A stretch of DNA of 64,000 nucleotides. It comes from Octopus sinensis. Lineage: Eukaryota. Under the pieces are notes generated by a model. That model saw nothing but the letters and a program-made list of their open reading frames with translations. It ran no database searches and had not been told where the DNA came from. The position numbers and the translations under genes are program-made. The first letter of the stretch is position 1. The number at the start of each line of letters is the position of its first letter. Below, piece after piece: positions 53,369 through 64,000 of the stretch. The DNA is taken from positions 3,782,001-3,846,000 of the forward strand of contig NC_043008.1 of assembly GCF_006345805.1 (NCBI RefSeq). The letters run 5' to 3'.

Positions 53369-55470
53369 TATGCATGTATGTATATATGCACGCATGCATG
53401 TATGTATGTATGTGTGAGTATGTATGTATGTATGTATGTACGTGTGTGTGTTTGTATGTATGTATGAGGAACAATACTCTTCCTCTTAGACGTGATCCCA
53501 TGAATATACGACAGTGTTCTAGTTTTAACTTCCTCATAAATTTTTATTTTACTTCCTTGATTCTCTATGCGACCTTTGCAGCATCTTTGATATAGTAATA
53601 TTCTCAAAGTTATTCATTAAGCTTTTAGACTCTCATAGACCCATCTTCTGATTGAAGGCCGGACTAAGAAAGAAATGATTAGTGTACAAGTTATTGCCAG
53701 AATTTTGACCGTTCGATTATTCCGCCATCTGTCAGCGTTTTAGTTTTGTTTGCACCTATTGCAAGTTTTCTGTGTGTCTATTCTAGCATTGTGCTATCCA
53801 TTAATGCTTTATTTTATGTTATGAGGAGGCGAACGATTAATGAAAGAAACGATACTCATACAATGCTTAGTGCACAACATAACACTAAATCAGACAGTGG
53901 GATGCCTTTCTCTAGTTATAAATAGTAGGTTGAGCAATTCTATGAAGTCTGCCTCGTTGGTCCGTATAGAAACAGTTTTAATAGTTGACGCGGTTGTCCG
54001 ACCAGCGAATATATGTTTCGCACTTCGTCATTTCGCCATTAAGTTGTTGTTTCAATTTAGTATTTATATTCTCGTCGTTGGGTGTTTAAAGTCGTTTTCC
54101 ACATCGTTTATATGTTCTTTTATTTTTTCTCTAACTTATATTACCACTGTAATATTTGTTAACTTAATTTATGTCCTAAAAGACAAAGATGCAGCAGTAA
54201 ACATTAACTATTTATTCACAGATGTTTCCCTCGTATTAAGGTGACATGAACAGTGACCGGCATATCCGACGGGAAAAGAAACTAAATGAAATAATTTTTC
54301 GATTATCGAAGCTCTTACCTTGAATTGTCTACTAGCTCACAGGTAATGAAAGTAGTCTGAGTGATTGATTCAATTTTCTAAAAGATTTGACATCACCGCA
54401 GTCATATTAAAATCGCAATAAAGCCTGCTGGCTTTAATAGCAGATATCAAATTCCGAACCAACTATCATCAACAGCATCAGATGCATCTGCTTCTATTCA
54501 TAAATTTTCGCTCTCTTATCATTACTATTTGCTTAATTTATATGCTATAAAATTCTTCAGTCAAATTATACAATCAAAACATTATGTTTCCCTCACTGAA
54601 TTCATACAGAAGTCTGTTACTGTAAGAATAAGAAAATAGTTTTGAGTCTTAGGCTATGATGTCCTATGTATAAAAATAAAATTAATTTCTTCTACACATT
54701 TTCAATTAAACCCTGATGCAAAAGCTATTAGTTTCGCAAAATTTTGTTTTGCCTGATAGAAAACCATTCCATTCCAGATGACATTCTATATTTTCTTCAA
54801 TTATATTGTTCTGATGGAAATATTTAGTTGGCTGTATATTGTTCGGTGAAAGTATTGGAATTTGTAGTGACATGGAAATATTAATTTAACAAAATGACAG
54901 TCAATTGTTGTTGTTTACCTCTCAGGTCAACATCGAGGGGACAGATGCACAATTAAAGTTATCGGTAATCGTCGTGATCTTTCTTTTTTGTCATAGTATA
55001 TTTAGGACCACATTATCTAGTGTATCTTTTTCTTTCTTAAATTTGATATCGTGCGATTGAAGCAGATTTGGTAACGTGAAATTTCTAACAACTCCATCAG
55101 TCTCCCAAATGATCTTGTTTGACTTATTTTTTAACTCCTAGACCCCCAGCTTTCGTCGGCGTGACAGATGATCAGAGATGTTCCAGAGGTGATTCAGCTG
55201 TAACCCTTTCATCTTTAATTCAAGCATTAGTCTACCTAAATCTACGTTATCCAACGCATCTTTCTTTTCTTAAAACAGTAGGTTTAGGTTTAGGGTTTGG
55301 TTGTAATTTGAGAAATATTTAGCTTATATTCCTAACATGGAGAGCGTTTCCATGCGAGTTTCCTAACTGGCTGGTTGTCGCAATGAATTATTCTTTACTG
55401 TAGGTATTACCTCGGCAAACAAACAAAAAATGTGGGACTTGTACTATATTCTCAAGAGTTACTTAATAAT

Positions 55471-56681
55471 TATATGTGTGTGCGTAGGGGGTATGAATGT
55501 ACATTTGTACCTACGCGCATACATACATGTGTGTATGTTGAATATTTATACGCATCATACACACACACACACACTCACAAACACACACACACACACACAT
55601 GCATATATAATTATCCACGTTAATTTTTTCAGTCTCTCTCTCCCACTTACTCTCTTTCTTTCTCTCGCTCCCTCTTCCTCTCTCTTTCTTTCTCTTTCTT
55701 TCTTTCTCTCTCTCTCTCTCTCTCACCCTGGATATATCTTGATGTTTGGAAACACTCTTGGGTTTCTCAAGAAGGGCAATCTACATAACCCTCTCAACGA
55801 TTACCCTTCACCGCGCTTCCAGTATTTTGACAGCAACGTTTTTCCTATATCTTTGAATCTGTTTCTCTCCTCAGTGATTAGGCTTTCGGGATGTCAGACC
55901 TACTGGACTCCTGCTCTCTAATACCATTCATCAGTTGGCTCTGAAAGAAATGCGCTGGAAATCATTTTGTTTCAGTATGTTTTCTGCCAAATTTCCGTGC
56001 AGCGAAGCAGCAGAGACAACATATTTCGAAAAGGATATATTTACATCTTTATCACTTTTTAATATGTCCTCTCCAAATCCTTTGAGTATTAAATATTTGT
56101 AAACATAAATTAAAAATGGAAAATAAATTCTTCGGTGTCATCATTATGATTATTAACTAAAATGAAAACCAAAACCCAAAAAATGTATATATGCGTTTCG
56201 TTAATTAGCAGTAGTAGCAGTAGTGGTGGTATCAGAAGATTAGCAACATTATAATTTGCTCTAATCATCATCGTTATCATTATTATAATAATTAACCATC
56301 TCCTCATAATCGTTGTAGTCGTGGCTGTCGCTGTCACCATCCTCACAATGAGCATCATCATTATCTTTATCGACATCATTATCATCTACACCATCACCAT
56401 CACCATCATCATCATCATCATCATCACCGTCGTCATCATTATTTTCACCCTCATCTTCATCATTTTCCTCGAAATCATCATCATCAACATAATCATTGTC
56501 ATCGACTGTATTTATATTTAAGAAAGTAATCAACTGTTAAGATCTAATGAATGAAATTAAGCATAATTATATATGCGTGTGTGTGTGTGTGCATGATGCG
56601 TATAGATATTCAACATACACACATGTATGTACGCGCGTAGGTACAAAATGTACATTCATACCCTCTACGCACACACATATA
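55471..56681. repeat. Spaced inverted repeat: 55471-55614 versus 56563-56681
   Basis: TGTGTGCGTAGGGGGTATGAATGTACATTTGTACCTACGCGC..GTTGAATATTTATACGCATCAT is reverse-complementary to ATGATGCGTATAGATATTCAAC..GCGCGTAGGTACAAAATGTACATTCATACCCTCTACGCACACA. Spacer ~950 bp. Confidence 0.88.
56262..56505. repeat. Degenerate (CAT)n trinucleotide tract
   Basis: Direct observation. It gives the poly-Asp, poly-Ile and poly-Met ORFs. Confidence 0.85.
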
Positions 56682-56700
56682 TATATACATATATATATAC

Positions 56701-56747
<47 letters not shown>

Positions 56748-56829
56748 TATATATATATATAGATATATATATATATTTATATATATATACATACATACAT
56801 ACAAACATGCGAATATACGAAGAGATCAT

Positions 56830-56873
<44 letters not shown>

Positions 56874-57596
56874 ATGATCTGTTCGTCATTTATTGCACTC
56901 ATCAATCAAGTCTGTGAGTGTTAATTGCTTAAAATTAAGCTATATGTCATTTATTATTTCAATTATATCATATATAATTTATCACTAACAATTAAGTTAT
57001 CTTATTTTATATTCCGTTTAATTTTTTCTCTTCGATATCAGAATTGGCAACGTCATTATTATATGTGAATTATAATATAACATCGTTGATAGCACGAGTG
57101 TCCCTGACATCGCTATCAAATATCTATTAATTATACTCGGAATATTACCCTTTAGGGTTCTATTAATTTATTATTCTTTATTTTGTTATTATTTGTGACA
57201 ATACCTCATCGTGATAAATATTTTCTATGAAGATCTTAAGATGTAGGGTTAAACTGAAAACCGAAACGTTTGAATGAGGCTGACATTTGAAGATTAGCAA
57301 ACATATCGTGTGTGTGTGTGTGCGTGGGTGTGTGCGTGGCTGTGTGAGTGGCTGTGTGCGTGGCTGTGTGCGTATGCCCGCGCGCGATTGAGTGTACTTA
57401 ATAATTATTAAGTAACTTTTGACTTCAGAGAACGCAACTCGCCGCTATGTTTTACACCGACAAATAATATCATGTATCCATCTATCGATCTATTTATACA
57501 CACACGCAAACACATACATATGGTGAGGTACTGCATCAACCTACTTGATAGTATTTACTGCGCTCTGCCGAGTGGATTTATGTATGTATATATATA

Positions 57597-57639
<43 letters not shown>

Positions 57640-57644
<5 letters not shown>

Positions 57645-57795
57645 ATATGTGACAATTCTTCGGTAGCCATGATAAAACTCCGAGTTTCGGATGCCGAGGT
57701 GGAAATTCACGCCGCCATCTCTTCAGTTATCCGGCCATCGGCATCCGAAACACAGAGTTTTATCATGGCTACCGAATAATTGTCACATATTACAT
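57640..57795 (-). mobile_element. 156-bp fold-back mini-element (58-bp inverted arms) carrying a hammerhead motif
   Basis: 57640-57697 versus 57738-57795 are 55/58 complementary. The element begins at the end of a (TA)n array. Confidence 0.85.
57671..57731 (-). ncRNA. Type-I hammerhead ribozyme-like motif
   Basis: Minus strand reads gataa-CTGAAGA-GATGgcggcgtgaatttccacctcggCATCc-GAAA-CTC-g-GAG-TT-ttatc. Canonical CUGANGA and GAAA, 5-bp stem I, stem III ACTC/GAGT, GUU triplet. Stem II is offset by 1 nt. Confidence 0.7.
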
Positions 57796-57864
57796 TTACA
57801 GATAAATTCCTCTATTTACATAATATCGAGGTCTCTCTCTTTCTTTTGTTATCTTACCGTTTTT

Positions 57865-57930
<66 letters not shown>

Positions 57931-58430
57931 GAGTACCAAAGTTCAAGAAGTCGCTGCAGTGTGATATCGAAACCGTAGGCACATGGTTTCGAAGAAACTT
58001 TCTTAACTATATGACTATACTAATACTGGTTTTTGGTATTTGGTTATAATTTCCTTATCAATGACTCTGATTTGTTCTAGTTAAGTCATGCTTCGCCTCA
58101 GCAATTAATTAGTACCCATTCATCACTATTCATAATGGCAACTGCTTCATACCAGTAGTCGATCGGGTGAATGGTATTCCGTGTACAAAGAGAAACTCGA
58201 ACTAATGATGTACACAAAAAGCACAAAACATATTGCAGCAGAGTGTAAGGGTTTCTTTCTTTGGCAAAAGCGCACGAACAGAAGGCCAAACCATCTCGGG
58301 TTAGGCATTCTTTGGTAACTGCAGCAAAGCCGCCTCTAAGGAAATAAATGATAAGATGTCAGTCATTCACACGCAGACGCGCGTGCGCAACGTGCGACGC
58401 ACATCGTATAGTCGTATGTATATATATATA

Positions 58431-58496
<66 letters not shown>

Positions 58497-58959
58497 ATAT
58501 ATGTATGTATGTATATACAGATAGGCATTTCTCTTTCTGTGTGTGTGTGTGTGTAGATAGATAAATAGATAGATAACCATATTCATGTTTATCTATTTGT
58601 GTGTATGCGTGCCTGTGTGTATATCTGTGTGTGTGTGTGTTTGCAAAACGGCGAAGAATTTGATTTTACAGAGATGGGGTGGTGGTGGTTGTGGTGGTGG
58701 TGGCATGTCAGTGGTTCGCCTTTATTTTTCGCTAGCACACACACATACACACACACACTCACACACAAATAAACAAACTGACGCACAGATGCACACATGC
58801 AATTCGGAAGTGTGTTCTCTGGAGTATACAGTTTATTGCAACAGAATTATTTACGATTTGAATTTCAAGCGACGGAGATTTTCGGATGAGAATTCTCCTG
58901 AAGTTCGCAATAGCATAAAACTCGAATCACGGGATAAAATTTTGTTTGAATAAAATTCT

Positions 58960-59370
58960 ACTCAACTACATCTATCCCGATATACTTTATAGAAAGTTGG
59001 TCAAGGAACCATGTTTTGGTGGGGCCTTGATCTTTTTATATCAGTCAAAAACGTTTGATAGTGTCAACCATTTATTCTTGTCCTTAAGGTGTCTGATTTC
59101 GGGTCCGTTTCAGAAGCTAGATCTCTACAATGTACAGCAACATTTGTCCGGTGGTCAGACTATACATTATGAATTTACTCGGTGAAGGGTGTTCCTTCTC
59201 TTCCTTTCCGTATTGATAAGTGTTACTGCTGCAACATTTGCAGGCTTCGAGAAGCATCCCGCGAGAAATGAAATGCTTAAGATTCCTGGCTGTAACTGAG
59301 GACTGCATCGAAGTGTTCGGCATTACTCTGAAGGAGTATGAGTCGGTGACTGGAAAAAAATTAACCAGGA
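58960..59370 (+). pseudogene. Decayed Tx1/L1-type reverse transcriptase fragment
   Basis: KEPCFGGALIFLYQSKTFDSVNH (LDxxKAFDRVxH motif), DFGSVSE..MYSNICPVVR and a residual RQGCPLS-like segment (CGGTGAAGGGTGTTCCTTCTC). Frameshifted. Confidence 0.65.
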
Positions 59371-59560
59371 GTCGTTAGCACGCCGAAGGAAACGCTTAGC
59401 GGCATTTCGTCGTTCTCTACGTTCTGAGTTCAAATTCCGCTGAGGCCGCCCTTACCTCTCATCCCTCCCAGATTGACAAAATAAGTACCAGTTGAGCATC
59501 GGATCGATCTAATCGACTCGCTTCACCGAAATTACTGGCATTGTTCCAAAATTCAAGCAC
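59370..59560 (+). mobile_element. Nin-domain tRNA SINE, 5'-clipped
   Basis: CGTTAGCACGCCG..GCTTAGCGGCATTTCGTC..TTCTGAGTTCAAATTCCGCTGAGG..AAAATAAGTACCAGTTGAGCA. Confidence 0.75.
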
Positions 59561-59985
59561 CTTTATAATCATTATCATCATCATCATCATTATCCTTATC
59601 TCTCTGATTATTATTGTTATTGTCTCGTCTTTATGAAGACTTATTTACGTTGCCTACTTTCGCTTTCAGGTTGCGGTCATTCGATATCCAATTTTAACAA
59701 TCTTCTTTTTCTACTTTCTCTTCTAATTTTAGGTAAGCCATTTGTTATACCATTTGAAATGATTTCGGATATATCTACTACTGCATTTGCATCAAAGACG
59801 TCCTACGCAGGTAAATTAAACATTTCATTGAATTCAATACAAACAACTCACCGAGGATGTTTATACAGGTATTGATCACCGAATTATATCAACGAAAAGT
59901 GCTGACAGAGTTTTTCTACAAATACACAGCAAATCTAAATATTGCTTTCCATTCTCGTCTTCAAATACATCAGAGATCTTCCCTC

Positions 59986-60062
<77 letters not shown>

Positions 60063-60549
60063 CTAGTCTACCTATCTACCGCACTGGCTAGCTATATCCC
60101 TTTTTATGTTTCCACATTTCTTCTGTCACATTCTTTCTCCTCTTTGTATTTCTCAATTCGACTTTGGCTCTCACTATCGTCTCCCTCTCTCCTTCTATCT
60201 ATCTATATATATTTATCTCTCTCTCTCTCTCTCACTATATATATATATATATCTTTCTATCTCTATCTCTACCTCTCTCTGTATCTATCCGTTTGCCTGT
60301 CTTTCACTTTTTGAATTTCTCTTCTTCCTCCTATCCCCTTCTTCTTTCCATTTCTCTCTCCTTCTCCATCTCTCAATTTCAGTTTCTGCTTTCCTTTCTC
60401 TCCTGTTCCACACCATTTCTCTTTCATTTCATTCTTTCTTATCACATTCTCATTTCTTCTCGCCCGTCCTTTAACCTACTTTACAAATTTCTATTTACTT
60501 GCATTGCATCATGGTAAAGTTATGTTAATCATTTAGAATACATAAACAC

Positions 60550-60792
60550 TTAAGCTCTTCGCCCCCCAATGGAAAATAGGCTGTCGACGACTTTTCTCCA
60601 CTGTCCTCCATTCTGGGTTGTCTCTTCTGCTGGTCTCCAGCTGGATCCGTGCTTTGTCACCTCTGCCTCAGTATCCTGTCAACAGTTATCTTTAGGGTAT
60701 CCCTTCTTCTATCTCCCTTTTGGGTTTCAGTTCAGAGTCTGACAAGTAATGCAGGATATTGATTTCCATGAGTTGTGGCCTATCGATCCTTT
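60550..60792 (-). pseudogene. Decayed RTE-clade LINE C-terminus
   Basis: Minus strand reads IGHNSWKSISCITCQTLN*NPKGR*KKGYPKDNC*QDTEAE..SW..TQNGGQWRKVVDSLFS, matching the RTE motif [37 protein letters not shown]..WR. Confidence 0.75.
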
Positions 60793-61934
60793 TGTTATTT
60801 GATTCATCGCGTTACCTTTCCTCACCCACTGGCTTTGAACTCGGGGTTGCAGTAGTTACGCACTCATATCATCTGATGTATTCACTCTTCTACTTGCATC
60901 AACTAATATAATAGTAAATACGTTTAGACTTTCATTGTCAAAATTGCGATCGTAGTTTATCATTAAATAAGCAGTTCTTACATGTACAAAGAAACATTTT
61001 TATATACACCGTAAAACTATTTATATGTATGTATAATTACAGACTCAGCTATATAGATGTAGCTGTGCTTTATTAAAGCTATACAAATTAAATGTTTTTC
61101 CCCACCAACTCGAGCCATTGAGGACACTTATATGCAGCTTGAACTATCAGTCAATCCCTTTGAATTAACAAGCCGCTATCTTAAAGCTATATAAATGCAG
61201 TATTAAATATAAGATGTCTGAAACAAAGTGAGTATGGTGACTGCCAGGAAGGCTTTGATCATATATCTTCTTGATCAGGGTTGACCTGGCGTAAAACAGC
61301 AGCGACAACTAATCTTCTCTCCACATGAAAGCCGACTGCTGATTAGGTTTTCTCTCTAATACATGCTCAGATGTTTTGTCAATCGTTATATTGATTGTGT
61401 ATTACAGAAAACTAACCTGTAACCTCTGGACTGTGAAGACAATAGTAGTTGTTGTTGTTGTTGTTGTTAAATGATCTGGTTCAGCTTCATTTGGATAGAC
61501 CGGTTGGTCGATTAATGTATTCTTACTCAGAATATCAAAGCCTGTATAAAACTATTACATTTGGTGTCAGTATGATACTGTTATTAGCAGTCGAATTCCG
61601 GAATTAATAGTAACTAATAATAAAATATGAGCTATGACTAAAATTTCCTTGTTCAAATATTATTAGATTGATACTGAATAAAATGGAAGAATTATTTTGG
61701 CACCCAAATGAAGCGGTACCTGATTTTTGTTATGTTAGAGGTGGAGGAGCAACAACCGTAGTGCTTTTTGTGAGAGCCGAAACTGGTGACAGAAAGTGTT
61801 AGACGCTAACCTCTAGCTGGAAAGCTGGCCTAGATGCTTCCAACGGAGTAGATTCCAACGGAAATGTTAGAAGTAACCATGGTATTAATAAGCCAGGAGT
61901 TGGCCTAAGTATACCTACCAAAAGCAAGGACACT

Positions 61935-62088
61935 TCTTTTCGACAGGCATCTACACCATTTTCGTTCACCAAATTTCGCTCAAGATTCTTTAGTTTGTCC
62001 GACGTTATGGCAGAAGACACTTTCCCAGGGTAAACAGTGAAATCGAACACGAAACCGCCGAACTGCGAAGGGATAAACTTTAATTACT
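61935..62088 (-). mobile_element. Degenerate copy of the second SINE family head
   Basis: CACCAAATTTCGCTCAAG..GCAGAAGACACTTTCCCAGGGT..CAGTGAAATCGAACAC is reverse-complementary to the motifs at 52800-53200. Confidence 0.5.
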
Positions 62089-63774
62089 AAAGATCTTTAA
62101 TTAAGGTTTTATTCAGAACCCAAGACAAAAAAAAAAAAGCTACAGTCGTACTTCGAAAGACATGTATACATTTATTTCATGCCATATAAACCAGGATGTT
62201 TAGCTTTACCTGTCGTTTTGGCCTAAAAATGAAATTATTACTGAATGAATGGTTTACTTGTGTGTTATTCATGTTGATATGTCTAACTTCATAATCAGAA
62301 TATATTTCTCATTGAAACATGAAAATACTCTCCAGTTGACAAATGCACGCAAATTTAGCTTACATTGTTAAGTGCCTTGATTCTAGTTATAATTTGTCCT
62401 CACATGAATGGTTTCAACATGGAAATTGACTTGTGGATTAAGAACTACGAAATCGATTGGAAACTAAGAAACTAGACATTCAGTAATCTCCTTAGAAATT
62501 AATACCATCTTAACAAACAGAAAGAATTTTCAAATAATTCACAATGATTATCGCAATAATATGGAAATTTGGTGTCAGCTTCATCCAGAGGATTTTAGGA
62601 ACTGTCTCCGTAATGTCTAATTTCGCAATTAAAATGACTGTTGCAGTTGGTGAGCATTCTAATTTATGAGGAACTTTAAATAATGTCATGGGATTTCTCT
62701 CTTTTTTATTTTATAATTTCATTTTTTTTTAATTTTATTTTGTTTGCACTGTCCTTTACTCATATCATTGAATAAACCTAGTATTTCAGACTGGGAAGAG
62801 TTAGTTTCTCACCAGTTTATTTCAGACACTAAACATTCTAAGTGTTAGTTAAGGAGGGTTGTAATGCTGGGAAAAAAAAACCTTCTGGTTGAAAGATACT
62901 TTCTCATGCACGGTTTAACTTGCAGTAAACATATATTTAAAAACTAAGAACGCTCGGTTTGAAACCAAATCAATAATATCAATAAACTCAGAAGAATACC
63001 CACAGAGTATGATGATTGATCTGATTTTGAAAACAAAACGTATGAAAACTGATCAAAAAGATCGGGATAAAGTTCGTTGAGCCGATGCGAGCTAATAGCA
63101 TTTGTTCGTATTGACTTTATAACGTCTATCTCCGACGAAATAACCTTTTGGAAAGACATTACTTTTAAACTATTATTTGTTATCTTCTACAGATTAAAAT
63201 ACTTACAAAATGTACTTTATTTTCTACTTGAATTCCATAGAAAATGTTATTTGGTGCATCTAATAGTAAACATTATCGATTGGTAGGGTAACTTTGATAG
63301 ATCCACTTTAAGAGTTGAGATTATTCATTTATACGACTTTAAAACAGAATCTACAGGAAATCAATTTGATACTCGAGATACAACTTCACTGCACGCAATT
63401 ACAAATGGTTAGACGTTGATTTGTGGCGAGTAATGATTAAAGCATTGAGTCAAACTTGTTTGCATAATGAAAGCTAAATAGAAAAAGAACTGCTTAAAAT
63501 TATCGTAAGTGAAATGTAAGTTTTGAAGATGTCAAAATAAAGGAATCACGTGGAAGAATTAAGTGATAAAGTAAATTTGGATTAAAAGAATAATTAAATG
63601 ATATTGTCCGACCTAATGACAGTTAATGATTCGAGTAGTAACTGTTGACAGCATTAGTTTAATGGAGTTCGGCTAAAGACCTCAATGACTGCGACTATTA
63701 TTGAACAGAAAGTTGGTTGCATTAATGTGATATGATAACATACAGTGTATATAAGAAAGAAATGATAAGAATAC

Positions 63775-63895
63775 CAACGTGATCCTCAGATATGTTAGAA
63801 ATAGCAGCCAAATCGCCTTCAAATCGCAATCTACCATCATAAGCAAGAAGAATACATGTATTGTACATTGTAATTCTAGAGATACTATATCTGAA
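63775..63895 (+). mobile_element. (AAC)n-tailed dispersed repeat, 5' part
   Basis: GTTAGAAATAGCAGCCAAATCGCCTTCAAATCGCAATCTACCATC..TAATTCTAGAGATACTATATCTGAA. Confidence 0.6.
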
Positions 63896-63962
63896 TGTGT
63901 GTGTGTGTGTGTGTGTGAGTGTGTGTGAGTGTGTGAGTGTGTGTGAGTGTGTGTGTGTGTGT

Positions 63963-64000
<38 letters not shown>
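63896..64000. repeat. (GT)n microsatellite with GA interruptions
   Basis: Direct observation. It runs to the window end. Confidence 0.95.

Noticed and set aside
55780-55870. Kinase-like KNVAVKILE peptide on the minus strand
   Set aside because: No glycine-rich loop upstream, a purine-rich acceptor region and an in-frame stop right after. Likely chance.
56261-56533. Asp-rich ORF resembling an acidic biomineralisation protein
   Set aside because: Degenerate (CAT)n tract with overlapping ORFs on both strands, no signal peptide and no splice support.
2320-58556. Dozens of [20 protein letters not shown] ORFs
   Set aside because: All are translated di- and tetranucleotide microsatellites.

Overview
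AT-rich eukaryotic DNA saturated with microsatellites. It is most likely from an octopod cephalopod; this is an inference from the tRNA-derived Nin-domain SINEs and the (TA)n/(CA)n/(TATC)n load. I cannot call any host protein-coding gene, rRNA, true tRNA or CRISPR array with confidence, and nearly all listed ORFs are translated microsatellites. The window contains many SINE copies, two of them young with clean target-site duplications, and a dispersed ~200-bp (AAC)n-tailed repeat. It also holds a nested cluster of R4/Dong retrotransposon pieces in (AAT)n tracts, one with an uninterrupted CCHC plus restriction-like endonuclease ORF, and decayed Penelope-like (RT plus GIY-YIG), Tx1/L1 and RTE fragments. 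Structural features include a 583-bp tandem duplication, several long fold-back inverted repeats and a ~780-bp pyrimidine tetramer tract. The most notable signal is a set of unrelated 100-600 bp non-coding mini-elements embedded in microsatellites. Each carries a type-I minimal hammerhead-ribozyme-like fold, some behind an inverted copy of their own 3' tail. They look like a diverse population of non-autonomous Penelope-derived (retrozyme-like) elements. All alignments and folds were done by eye.
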